DNA of 62,577 nucleotides from an archaeon (lineage in GTDB: Archaea; Nanobdellota; Nanobdellia; Pacearchaeales; UBA284). The translations under genes and the position numbers were made by a program. The notes under the pieces were generated by a model that was given only the letters and a program-made list of their open reading frames with translations, had not been told where the DNA came from and searched no databases. The DNA is taken from the NCBI GenBank assembly GCA_030612665.1, contig JAUWNL010000001.1, forward strand, positions 1 to 62,577, written 5' to 3'. This document shows, piece by piece, positions 25,320-34,132 of this stretch (within the stretch, counting starts at the first letter, position 1; the number at the start of each line of letters is the position of its first letter).

Positions 25320-25898
25320 ATGTATCAAAAAGGAAACAAAGAATTAGAAATTTTATGTTTGTATTTGGGGGATTATATTAAAAGTTTTTATCTTAGAGAA
25401 ATAAGCAAACTTTCAAAACTGCCCCTTAAGACAACTCAAAATATCCTTAAAAAATTAGAAGAAAAAAAGATATTGAAAGCAGTACTACATGGAAAAAACA
25501 AATATTTCTCTTTAAATTTAGATAATATAGAAACAAAAAATTATATTTTGCAAGCTGAGATTTATAAAACAAATCTTTTAATTAAAAAATATCCAATTTT
25601 CAAAACCTTCCTTAAAGAATTAAAAAGCACTTCTTTATTAGTAATTTTTGGTTCTTTTGCTCAATTTATTGCAAGAAAAGATTCTGACTTGGATTTACTT
25701 ATTGTACCAAAAAAAGAAAAAGAAGAAATCCCGTTACATTTATTGCCTTATAAAATTCATAAAATAAGTTTAAATGAAAAAAATTTTTTGAAAGCAGTTG
25801 AATCAGAAGAAAAAATTATAAAAGAAATTTTTAAAAATCATGTAATTTTAAATAATCATTCATTTTTTGTGAATATAGCCTGGAATAAAATCTCATAA
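25320..25898 (+). CDS. wHTH plus nucleotidyltransferase-domain protein (NTase partner of the downstream HEPN gene)
   Basis: N-terminal wHTH-like LREISKLSKLPLKTTQNILKKLEEKKIL. NTase motif VIFGSFAQFIARKDSDLDLLIV. Confidence 0.7.
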   Translation: MYQKGNKELEILCLYLGDYIKSFYLREISKLSKLPLKTTQNILKKLEEKKILKAVLHGKNKYFSLNLDNIETKNYILQAEIYKTNLLIKKYPIFKTFLKELKSTSLLVIFGSFAQFIARKDSDLDLLIVPKKEKEEIPLHLLPYKIHKISLNEKNFLKAVESEEKIIKEIFKNHVILNNHSFFVNIAWNKIS

Positions 25899-25918
25899 AA
25901 TAAAGGGAATAAAATGAA

Positions 25919-25942
25919 AATCAAAGATTTTCATCTTTGATT
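25919..25942. other. 10-bp perfect hairpin (AATCAAAGAT-TTTC-ATCTTTGATT) in the spacer between the NTase and HEPN genes
   Basis: Read directly from the sequence. Its function (processing site, terminator/attenuator or protein-binding site) is unknown. Confidence 0.5.
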
Positions 25943-25965
25943 GAAAATTTATAATTTTCAACAAA

Positions 25966-26433
25966 ATGGATAAAAGAAAACTTAGATGGTGTTTTAAGAT
26001 TAAAGATGGTTTAAAAATAAAAAAGCCTAATTTAGATCTGGCAAGATCTTATTTAGAAGAATCTAAGAAATCCTTAAAAAGTGCACAAGAAAGATTAGAT
26101 AAGAAAGATTATTTATGGGCAACAGTAATTATTTATTATGCAGAATATTATGCTTTATATTCTTTTTTACAAAGAATTGGTATAAAATGTGAAAATCATT
26201 CGTGTTCAATTTTGACTGTTCAATTTTTACTAGGAAAAGAAAAAATAAAAACAATTGAAGAGCATAAAGATAAAAGGATAGATGCCCAGTATTATATAAA
26301 AATTGTTGAAGAAATAAAAATCGAAGAAATGTTAAGAGAAGCAAAGATATTTGTTTCAGAATTTGATAATTTAGTTTCAGGGCTATCTGAATCAGAAATA
26401 AACAATTTTAGAAAAAATTTGAAGGTAAAATAA
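25966..26433 (+). CDS. HEPN-domain protein
   Basis: All-helical, with SYLEESKKSLKSAQERLDKKDYLWATVIIYYAEYYALYSFLQRIGIKCENHS typical of NTase-associated HEPN proteins. It lies downstream of an NTase gene. Confidence 0.65.
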   Translation: MDKRKLRWCFKIKDGLKIKKPNLDLARSYLEESKKSLKSAQERLDKKDYLWATVIIYYAEYYALYSFLQRIGIKCENHSCSILTVQFLLGKEKIKTIEEHKDKRIDAQYYIKIVEEIKIEEMLREAKIFVSEFDNLVSGLSESEINNFRKNLKVK

Positions 26434-26477
26434 GGTTATAATTTAAATAAAATAAGAGAATAATAAATAAATAAAAA

Positions 26478-26744
26478 ATGGACATATTGACTATCCTCAT
26501 CTTAACAATAATAGCTCTTGCAGGTTTTCCAATAGGCTTGCTTATAAAAAAGTTCACGCCTGAAGAACTAAAATCAGGAAAAAAATGGTTTAACATTATT
26601 ATTTTCATCTGCGTCATAGCAATAATTGCCACAGTCCTTCTTGCAAAAGGAGAAACAATGATTTTTTTATTCACAAGCCTTTTATTCATAATCCTTTTGA
26701 CATTACCATCATTAATTAAATTCAAAAAGAAAAAGAAGAGGTAA
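26478..26744 (+). CDS. Small membrane protein (3 TM helices, basic C-terminus)
   Basis: Hydrophobic helices ILTILILTIIALAGFPIGLLI, IIIFICVIAIIATVLL and IFLFTSLLFIILLTL. Confidence 0.5.
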   Translation: MDILTILILTIIALAGFPIGLLIKKFTPEELKSGKKWFNIIIFICVIAIIATVLLAKGETMIFLFTSLLFIILLTLPSLIKFKKKKKR

Positions 26745-26758
26745 AAAGAAAAAATAAA

Positions 26759-27460
26759 ATGTTATATCTCATTGGTCTAGGGCTTGATAAAAAAGACATT
26801 AGTCTCTCGTCTCTAGAAGCAATAAAAAAATGCAAGAAGATTTATCTAGAACATTATACAACAACTCTCCCTTATACAAGAAAAGAGCTCGAAAAAATAA
26901 TCAAGAAAAAAATTCAATTAATAGAGCGAGAGAAAGTCGAGTCAGACTTTCTTATTAAAGAAGCAAAAAAACATAACACTATTCTCTTAGTTTATGGAGA
27001 TCCTCTTATAGCCACAACACACATCGCCCTAATTAATGATGCAAAAAAAACAAGAGTCAAGACAAAAGTCCTTCATAATGGTTCTGTCATAAGTGCCATA
27101 GCACAAACAGGCCTACAGATATACAAGTTTGGAAAAACAACAAGCATTCCAAGATGGCAAAAAAATTACAGACCAACATCTTTCTTTGATACAATAAAAG
27201 ATAATCAATCAATAAATGCTCATACTCTTGTTTTAGTTGACATAGGTCTTAGTCTCGAAGAAGCTCTTTATGAACTTAACGAAGCTTCAAACAATGAAAT
27301 TAATAATATAGTTATCTGCTCACAACTTGGAACATCAAAACAACAAATTGTCAATAACTCGATAGACAATTTCATCAAAAAACCACCAAAAGTCAAAGAA
27401 CCTTTTTGTATCATTGTCCCAGCCTCTCTACACTTCTCTGAAGAAGAAGTTTTATTCTAA
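26759..27460 (+). CDS. dph5: Diphthine synthase
   Basis: MLYLIGLGL start, YLEHYTT, LLVYGDPLIATTH and the class III tetrapyrrole-type methylase layout. Confidence 0.9.
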   Translation: MLYLIGLGLDKKDISLSSLEAIKKCKKIYLEHYTTTLPYTRKELEKIIKKKIQLIEREKVESDFLIKEAKKHNTILLVYGDPLIATTHIALINDAKKTRVKTKVLHNGSVISAIAQTGLQIYKFGKTTSIPRWQKNYRPTSFFDTIKDNQSINAHTLVLVDIGLSLEEALYELNEASNNEINNIVICSQLGTSKQQIVNNSIDNFIKKPPKVKEPFCIIVPASLHFSEEEVLF

Positions 27461-27481
27461 AAAAATTAAGGAAAAGGAAGA

Positions 27482-28393
27482 ATGAAAAAAGAATTAAGAA
27501 AATTAATGATAAGAGAGATAAAAAGAATCACAAGGCAATTAAAAAAAGATTCAGGCATTGTTTCAATAATTCAATTTGGCTCTTCTCTAAAGCCAAGAGA
27601 AATGTTTTCTAACAGTGATATTGATTTTGTTGTTATAACAAAAAGAAAAAGAAAACAAAGATCCATTTATATTAAATCTAACTTTGAATCAGACTTTCTT
27701 GTTTATTCGAAAAATGAATTCAAAGAAATGCAAGAAAAAGGTCATCCTATAGCATTAACAGCTATAAATTTTGGCAAGATTCTTTATAATAAAGATAAAG
27801 GCTTCAAATTAGAACAAGTAGAACCAACAGAACTTACAATAAAGACATGGATGAATAATGGCATGAATGTTTTTAATTCAGCAATAATGGAATATTTTGC
27901 TATGGGATGTCCATGTTGTTATCTTAAAGCTGTTCATCATTCAGCGAGAAATCTTTTGAAAGCTCTTATATTAAAAAATAAAGATATTTTATGTCAAACA
28001 AATAAAGAAATTCTCCAAAATCTTCCAAGAAAATACCAAAGAAAATACCAAAAACTCATCAATTACAGAAAAAACCTCAATGATTTCGAGTTTGATATAG
28101 AAAAGATATTAAAAATCAAGAAAATTAAAGGCAAGACAGCCAAACCCCTATTATGCCTCGAATCTCTTGTTCACAATATAATCTTTGAAATGAAACAAAA
28201 GAAAATGTATTCATTAAGGGAAATTATCAACAAAGCAGAAGAAAAAATAAATTATATAAATTATGACCATATTAACTTAATATATTTTTCCAGAGACTTA
28301 AAACAATATTTCATAAATCTTGTTTTAAATAATCAAGATAAAAAAGATTATAAGCCGAAAATGAAATTCTTGAGATTTCCATTATTCAAATAA
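27482..28393 (+). CDS. Fused nucleotidyltransferase plus HEPN/KNTase_C-like protein (303 aa)
   Basis: NTase motif IIQFGSSLKPREMFSNSDIDFVVI, followed by a helical C-terminal half (AVHHSARNLLKALILKN). The last 18 codons lie inside direct-repeat copy 1. Confidence 0.6.
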   Translation: MKKELRKLMIREIKRITRQLKKDSGIVSIIQFGSSLKPREMFSNSDIDFVVITKRKRKQRSIYIKSNFESDFLVYSKNEFKEMQEKGHPIALTAINFGKILYNKDKGFKLEQVEPTELTIKTWMNNGMNVFNSAIMEYFAMGCPCCYLKAVHHSARNLLKALILKNKDILCQTNKEILQNLPRKYQRKYQKLINYRKNLNDFEFDIEKILKIKKIKGKTAKPLLCLESLVHNIIFEMKQKKMYSLREIINKAEEKINYINYDHINLIYFSRDLKQYFINLVLNNQDKKDYKPKMKFLRFPLFK

Positions 28394-28449
28394 AAGTTTA
28401 AAAATCCCCCCTCCTTTAATAAAATATGAAAAAAGGAGTGAAAAGAGGA
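28338..28449. repeat. Direct repeat copy 1 (~96 nt near-identical plus ~16 nt degenerate), partner at 29065..29176
   Basis: ATAAAAAAGATTATAAgCCGAAAATGAAATTCTTGAGATTTCCATTATTCAAATAAAAGTTTAAAAATCCCCccTCCTTTAATAAAATATGAAAAA. There are 3 mismatches over the core and a constant offset of 727 nt. Confidence 0.9.
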
Positions 28450-28468
28450 AAGTGAAAAAGAGTTTAAA

Positions 28469-28756
28469 ATGTTGAAAAATGTTGAAAAAATAAAAAACAT
28501 GATTCTTCCATTACTCAGACGTAATGGTATAATACATGCAGGAATATTTGGCTCTGCTGTTAGAGGTGAGATGAAAAAAGGAAGTGATATAGATATCTTA
28601 ATAAAATTTAGAGGAAAAAAAAGTTTGCTTGATTTAGTAGGGATTAAACAAGATTTAGAACAGAGATTAAAAAGAAAAGTCGATGTTGTAGAATATTCCG
28701 CAATTCATCCATTTTTAAAAAACAGGATATTAAAAGAGGAAGTTAGGATACTATGA
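28469..28756 (+). CDS. MNT-type nucleotidyltransferase (antitoxin-like)
   Basis: [21 protein letters not shown] motif and 95 aa length. It overlaps the downstream HepT gene by 4 nt. Confidence 0.85.
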   Translation: MLKNVEKIKNMILPLLRRNGIIHAGIFGSAVRGEMKKGSDIDILIKFRGKKSLLDLVGIKQDLEQRLKRKVDVVEYSAIHPFLKNRILKEEVRIL

Positions 28757-29091
28757 AAAGGGATGTAAAAATTTACTTAACTGACATTATAGAAAGCATT
28801 GGTAGAATAGAACAATATACAAGCAAAATACCAAAAAAAGAGTTTTTGAAAGATATTAAAATACAAGATGCTGTAATGAGGAGGATAGAAATTATAGGGG
28901 AAGCTGCAAAAAACATCCCGAAAGATTTCAGAAAAAAATATCCTAAAATAGAATGGAAAAAAATTTCAGGAATGAGGGATATATTAATACATATTTATTT
29001 CGGTGTGAATATTGAAAGAGTGTGGATTACAGTCAAAAAAGATTTGCCCAAATTAAAAAAAGAAATAAAAAAGATTATAATCCGAAAATGA
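28753..29091 (+). CDS. HepT/DUF86 HEPN toxin-like protein
   Basis: Rx4H motif [13 protein letters not shown] and 112 aa length. The last 9 codons lie inside direct-repeat copy 2. Confidence 0.85.
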   Translation: MKRDVKIYLTDIIESIGRIEQYTSKIPKKEFLKDIKIQDAVMRRIEIIGEAAKNIPKDFRKKYPKIEWKKISGMRDILIHIYFGVNIERVWITVKKDLPKLKKEIKKIIIRK

Positions 29092-29176
29092 AATTCTTGA
29101 GATTTCCATTATTCAAATAAAAGTTTAAAAATCCCCTTTCCTTTAATAAAATATGAAAAAGCAGGCAAAAAGAGGA
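29065..29176. repeat. Direct repeat copy 2, covering the upstream region and first codons of the 1379-aa surface-protein gene
   Basis: See copy 1. Copy 2 contains the real ATG at 29153 (MKKQAKRG...). Copy 1 contains a decayed version (MKKGVKRGK-stop). Confidence 0.9.
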
Positions 29177-32100
29177 CTCCTATTAATTGGACTTTTCTTT
29201 ATCATGTTTCTTGTCATTATTTCAGGAGTTGAAGCTGACAGCAAATGGATGGGTTGGGGAGGTGGATGTGCATTTCCGGGTGCTCCAACTTGTAGTCCTT
29301 ATATCCCAGATTATTCCGGAGCAAATTGTGCAGATAAATTTGGATATGACTGGGTAGAATATTATTCTTGGGGTTATCGTGGGTGGAAATCTGTATCAAC
29401 AGGAGATTCTTGGAGTAGTACGAGTGGAGATGGAATGGTTGGAATAAATCCAGAAGTACCAGGATTTACGAGTTTAGATATCAAATTTTCTGAAAAAGCT
29501 GGTGGATGTACATGGCCAGCCAAACAATGCCAATCTGTTTATAGATGTATTGAATGTGGTACTAATGAGGCTAACTGCAACAAACAAGGAGTAGATGGTT
29601 GTGAAGTATATCTTAAGACAGATGAAAATAATTGTGGTTCATGTGGAAATAAATGTTATTCAGGTTACACATGCATAAATGGCGTGTGTACTCCTCCACC
29701 AAGATATACCTGCAACGAGAATTATCAATGTGTTCAAGATCCAAGTGGGCAATATTCCTCATTACCCGCATGTGAAGCAGAATGCTATCCAATTACAACT
29801 AATTGTGATTCTTGTGAAAGTTGTTCTGAAGCATTAAACAATGCGCCTGCTGGAACAACAGTTAAGTTAACTCAAAATATAATAGATGAAAGACTTGGGA
29901 ATACTATTTGTATTGATTTGTCGCCAGGGGAAGAGGATGTTATTTTTGATTGTCAAGGATATAGCATATCTGGCCTTGGTAAAACAGAAGATACAGGAAT
30001 AAATATATTCGCTAATTGGAACCCAACTGTAAGAAATTGTATTATTAACAATTTCAGATATGGAATATCTACATTTACAGGAGGCACAAAGATAATTAAT
30101 AATATTATAGAAGATAATTATTATGGAATCTGGGGAGGTGGTTTTGAACAATATTGGAGTTATATCGAGGATAACACAATAAAGAACAATGATTATGGTT
30201 TTTATTTACAAAGTGGAGGTTCTGGGGTGAGTTATGATCTAAAAGATAATTATATATGTAATAACATAGAATATGATACGGTAATAGGAGATAGCTGGTA
30301 TCAACAAGCAGGAGACTTATGGCTTGGAACAGATAACTGGTGTGATAATTATTATCTTTGGTATGACAAACCAAATGTGCTTCCTAATGAAGGATGTACT
30401 TTGCCTTGCACAGGTTTAGAAAGAATAGGAATTTATCCTTCTGAAGCAAATATCAAATTACAAGATTACATCTCTTACAATGTCACAGCCCATTACCCAA
30501 ATAAACAGATAGATGTCACACTAAATGATTTAACTGCTTATGTTAAAAGTAATGATAATGTTGAGCAATTAACACCTAGAAACAAATTCCGTGCAAAATT
30601 AATAGGAGAAACAAATATAACAGCACATTTCCCTATGGGAATGCTAGAAGAAAAAGAAGATACAACACATCTAACAATCTGGCCAGATACTAACTGTGAA
30701 ATTAATATTGCTGAAATCATTCTAGATTGCGGAGGAGATATTTGTGAAATAGGAGAAAATATTAAACTTAATCTTTCAATGAATCTTGGTTGTCAACAAG
30801 AAAATATTAACAAAATAAAAATTTATGCTACAGATTTTGATGAATGTGAACTTTGGATGTCTTCTGATGATTTAGAATGCGAGGAATATGGAATGCCAAC
30901 AAAATATAATTGCACTGGAACATGGGATATAGAAAGTATAGAACAAGAATGTTATGATAGTAATGTTGGAGCTATATTTGCTGAAGCATGGCAAGATGAT
31001 AATTTCCTTGATTCTTTATCAGGACAATTTGGCTCATTTCAATTTTGGGGACCAACATGTGAGATAACATCTGCGAGTATAACTCCATGGTGTAAAGAAA
31101 CAGGACAACAAGAAGGAGATGGCCAAGATGATCCTTGTGGTGATGAGTGGGGAGATAAAATTTTCCTTGAAGCAGAATTTGAAAATTGTCCGCAAGTTGA
31201 CAGTCTTGAAATAACAGTTGAAGATGGTGATTGTAGTTATCCAATGACTATTTCTTGTGGAGGATCAGCTAATTGTTCTGGCTACCATATACTTGCTGGA
31301 ACCCCTAAAGGTTGTGAAAATGATTTAGTTGTAGCAACCCAGGCAAAATTATTCTATGACAATCAAGAAATAGCAACAGGAGAAGCCACAGGTTTGTTTT
31401 ATTTTGGCGATTTAGTATTAGACTATATAGACTTAATTCCGAACTATGTAACTCTTTTTATCAATAATTATATTGAATTTGACGTCTTTGCTTACTTTGT
31501 CAATAATCCAAATCCTCATGAAATCACATTCGATGATTTAACAAGTTATGAGCTTGAAGCAGGTGAAACTAGATTAGAACAAGATACAATTCAAAAGAAT
31601 AAATTTTGGGCAAGAGCAGAAGGAACAGAAATTCCAATTATAGCAAAATATCCTATGGGATATCCTCATGAAGAAATATCAGAACCCTCACATGTGGACA
31701 TATATGGAGAAACAGATTGTGAGATCCTTAATGCTAAAGCAGCAGCAAAATGTGGTGATGATGGATGCAGATATGATAGTGGAGATTATATTGAATCATA
31801 TGTTATAGTAAATTCTGTTTGTATAAAGGATTTATATATGGACAGATTTAAAATGCTTGCCTGGGGAGATGGTTGTGAAGTTGAAATAAATATAGGTGAA
31901 GGAAGCCAAAATAATATGGAATGTGAATCCTATAACGGAAATTATAATTGTTCAGGCCAGTGGATTGTTGATTCTGAACACTGCCAAGGATCTTGTGAAG
32001 GAATTCCAGATATCAGAGATGGTGCTCATGTAACAACAAAATTAGTTGAAGTTTCTAATCCAAATAGACCCTTAGATTCTTCGTACAATGAGGTAGGTTT

Positions 32101-33292
32101 TGGAGGATTCAGTTTCTGGCCAATCATCGACAGAGTAAGAGCAGTAATAAATATGCCAGAAAACAACGAGATTCTTGATGAAAAAACTGTTATCTTCAAT
32201 GCCTCAAAAAGTTATTATATTGATGAATATTCACAACATGTTTATTGTCCTGATGCTCATCTTGATTTTACATGGAAATTAGATGGTCAAACATTCCAAG
32301 GAGAAGATTGTGAAGCTGAAGTAGTTTATCATCAATATTCCCAACCAAAAAATAATTATCAAGTAACACTTGAAGCAGAATACAATGGAGATGAAGATGA
32401 AGTAACTCATAATTTTAAAATAAAATATTGTATCAAAGATAATGCAAAATTCTTTTCTGGAGATTGTAAATTAATTAATAATCAAGGATATAGATGCACA
32501 GATTCATGTTTTGAAGATATATGTATGGTTTCAAATGATTGTCATAGCGGGGGTGAATGTCGTTGCGGATCGAATTTATATTGTAATCAAAATGATGTAT
32601 GTAGTAGTGATCCAGGAGCAAGTGAATGTGAAGAAGAAGATAATCCTGCAGCATGTTTAGCTGCTCTAGCCTCATGTTATTGGGATTATAATGAAGATTT
32701 AGACCCAGAGCCGCCCTCTCATTTTGAGATTCCACCAAAATGTAAACACTGTGATGATAATAGTAATAATCCAGATTATGATTATGGTAGTCTTACATGT
32801 ACTCATTGTTCAAATTATGTTGATCCATCAAGTTGTGAAGCAGATCATTGTTTCTTAGGAAACGAAGAGCATGGTGATTGTCCTCTAGATTTTAGTTGCT
32901 CAAATTATGAATGTACGTGGGATAGTTTATCATCAGCATGTAAGTTAGTTTATGATAAAACCCCTGAAGGTCAAGGAAGTCAACAACAATGTCATGAATC
33001 AAGAACTTATGGAGATTGTGTTGGAGGTTATATGAATGTAGAAATCACAACAGAATGTTGTAGTATACAAGATTTAGGTAGCCCTACAGGAAATTGTGAT
33101 CCAATGCCAACTAGTTGTAGTTTTGGTACAGGATTACATTTAGTTTCATGTGACACAACCACATACCCACAGCCTTGTGGCATAGTGACAAGAGCATTGC
33201 CAGGATTTGGCTGGCTTAACTTTATTATAGTTATATTTTTAATTTCAGTTTATTATGTAATCTATGTAATATTTATTTTGAAAAAGAGATAA
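29153..33292 (+). CDS. Giant (1379 aa) Cys-rich secreted surface protein: signal peptide, right-handed beta-helix (PbH1/NosD-like) repeats, duplicated Ig-like plus Cys-knot modules, PKD-like segment, C-terminal TM anchor
   Basis: Signal LLLIGLFFIMFLVIISGVEA. Beta-helix repeats NCIINNFRYGIS / INNIIEDNYYGIWGG / IEDNTIKNNDYGFYL. Two homologous ~190-aa modules start near IGIYPSEANIKL and LDYIDLIPNYVTL. The C-terminal helix is WLNFIIVIFLISVYYVIYVIFIL. Confidence 0.8.
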   Translation: MKKQAKRGLLLIGLFFIMFLVIISGVEADSKWMGWGGGCAFPGAPTCSPYIPDYSGANCADKFGYDWVEYYSWGYRGWKSVSTGDSWSSTSGDGMVGINPEVPGFTSLDIKFSEKAGGCTWPAKQCQSVYRCIECGTNEANCNKQGVDGCEVYLKTDENNCGSCGNKCYSGYTCINGVCTPPPRYTCNENYQCVQDPSGQYSSLPACEAECYPITTNCDSCESCSEALNNAPAGTTVKLTQNIIDERLGNTICIDLSPGEEDVIFDCQGYSISGLGKTEDTGINIFANWNPTVRNCIINNFRYGISTFTGGTKIINNIIEDNYYGIWGGGFEQYWSYIEDNTIKNNDYGFYLQSGGSGVSYDLKDNYICNNIEYDTVIGDSWYQQAGDLWLGTDNWCDNYYLWYDKPNVLPNEGCTLPCTGLERIGIYPSEANIKLQDYISYNVTAHYPNKQIDVTLNDLTAYVKSNDNVEQLTPRNKFRAKLIGETNITAHFPMGMLEEKEDTTHLTIWPDTNCEINIAEIILDCGGDICEIGENIKLNLSMNLGCQQENINKIKIYATDFDECELWMSSDDLECEEYGMPTKYNCTGTWDIESIEQECYDSNVGAIFAEAWQDDNFLDSLSGQFGSFQFWGPTCEITSASITPWCKETGQQEGDGQDDPCGDEWGDKIFLEAEFENCPQVDSLEITVEDGDCSYPMTISCGGSANCSGYHILAGTPKGCENDLVVATQAKLFYDNQEIATGEATGLFYFGDLVLDYIDLIPNYVTLFINNYIEFDVFAYFVNNPNPHEITFDDLTSYELEAGETRLEQDTIQKNKFWARAEGTEIPIIAKYPMGYPHEEISEPSHVDIYGETDCEILNAKAAAKCGDDGCRYDSGDYIESYVIVNSVCIKDLYMDRFKMLAWGDGCEVEINIGEGSQNNMECESYNGNYNCSGQWIVDSEHCQGSCEGIPDIRDGAHVTTKLVEVSNPNRPLDSSYNEVGFGGFSFWPIIDRVRAVINMPENNEILDEKTVIFNASKSYYIDEYSQHVYCPDAHLDFTWKLDGQTFQGEDCEAEVVYHQYSQPKNNYQVTLEAEYNGDEDEVTHNFKIKYCIKDNAKFFSGDCKLINNQGYRCTDSCFEDICMVSNDCHSGGECRCGSNLYCNQNDVCSSDPGASECEEEDNPAACLAALASCYWDYNEDLDPEPPSHFEIPPKCKHCDDNSNNPDYDYGSLTCTHCSNYVDPSSCEADHCFLGNEEHGDCPLDFSCSNYECTWDSLSSACKLVYDKTPEGQGSQQQCHESRTYGDCVGGYMNVEITTECCSIQDLGSPTGNCDPMPTSCSFGTGLHLVSCDTTTYPQPCGIVTRALPGFGWLNFIIVIFLISVYYVIYVIFILKKR

Positions 33293-33301
33293 GAAAAAAA
33301 G

Positions 33302-33712
33302 ATGATAAATAGAAAAAGAAGATATAAAGATAAACTTAATTATGCTTTATCAAGTTTAGAAAGAAGCCAAAAATGGCTTATGGAGTTTGAAGAGAGAGAA
33401 AAAGAAAATGATTTATTTGCTGCATACAAAGCATTTCAAGAACTTGTAGAGTCATTAACAGATGTGATTGCCATGTTCTTAAAAGATAAAAACCTAGTTA
33501 TAAAAGATGATTATACAAATATAAATACATTAAAAGAAAAGAATTTAATAATAAAGGCCGAGGCTAAAATATTAATAGAAGCAAATGGATTAAGAAACAG
33601 GATTGTTCATAAATACAATGGAGTTGATATTAAAACATTTATTGAATCAGCAAAATCTTTATTAAAACCTCTAAATGAAATAATTAAAAATTTTGAAAAA
33701 TGGATAAAATAA
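33302..33712 (+). CDS. HepT/DUF86 HEPN toxin-like protein
   Basis: Rx4H motif GLRNRIVHKYNGVD. It overlaps the downstream NTase gene by 13 nt. Confidence 0.8.
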   Translation: MINRKRRYKDKLNYALSSLERSQKWLMEFEEREKENDLFAAYKAFQELVESLTDVIAMFLKDKNLVIKDDYTNINTLKEKNLIIKAEAKILIEANGLRNRIVHKYNGVDIKTFIESAKSLLKPLNEIIKNFEKWIK

Positions 33713-34095
33713 ATAAACAAAAAGAACAAACAATAAAAGAAATAGAAAAAGAATTTTCAAAATTTAAAAGAGAAATTTTTGCCTTAATTCTTTATGGCTC
33801 ATACTCCCAAGGTAATGAAACAATAAAAAGTGATATAGATATCTGTATTGTAGCAAAAAATAAAGAAAAAGCACAAGAACTTTATCGAAATACTCTTGAA
33901 ATCTCATCAAAAAAACCAGAGTATGATATACATTTTTTTGAATTAATGCCTTTACATGCACAAATAGAAGTAATAGAAACAGGACAAATTATTTTTACTA
34001 AAAATATTTCAGAACTTAATTATTATTTTTATTTTTATAGAAAGCTCTGGCAAGATCAAGCAATACACAGAATTGAACAAATAAGGGCAAAATAG
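33700..34095 (+). CDS. MNT-type nucleotidyltransferase (antitoxin-like)
   Basis: LILYGSYSQGNETIKSDIDICIV motif. The gene order is reversed (HEPN first) relative to the other pairs. Confidence 0.8.
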   Translation: MDKINKQKEQTIKEIEKEFSKFKREIFALILYGSYSQGNETIKSDIDICIVAKNKEKAQELYRNTLEISSKKPEYDIHFFELMPLHAQIEVIETGQIIFTKNISELNYYFYFYRKLWQDQAIHRIEQIRAK

Positions 34096-34132
34096 AAAAG
34101 AGATAAAAAAGGAAAAAGAAGAAAAAGGAAGA

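Noticed and set aside
28338-29176. The ~100-bp repeat pair as a diversity-generating retroelement TR/VR pair
   Set aside because: The three mismatches (G/T and CC/TT) are not adenine-specific. Neither copy lies in the C-terminal variable region of a target protein. No reverse transcriptase (YxDD) is present in the window.
29217-32738. Several 60-94-aa minus-strand ORFs inside the 1379-aa surface-protein gene, and similar ORFs inside ileS, rpoA, rpoB, kae1 and other long genes
   Set aside because: They are embedded antisense in long genes that have clear domain content. None has an independent signal.
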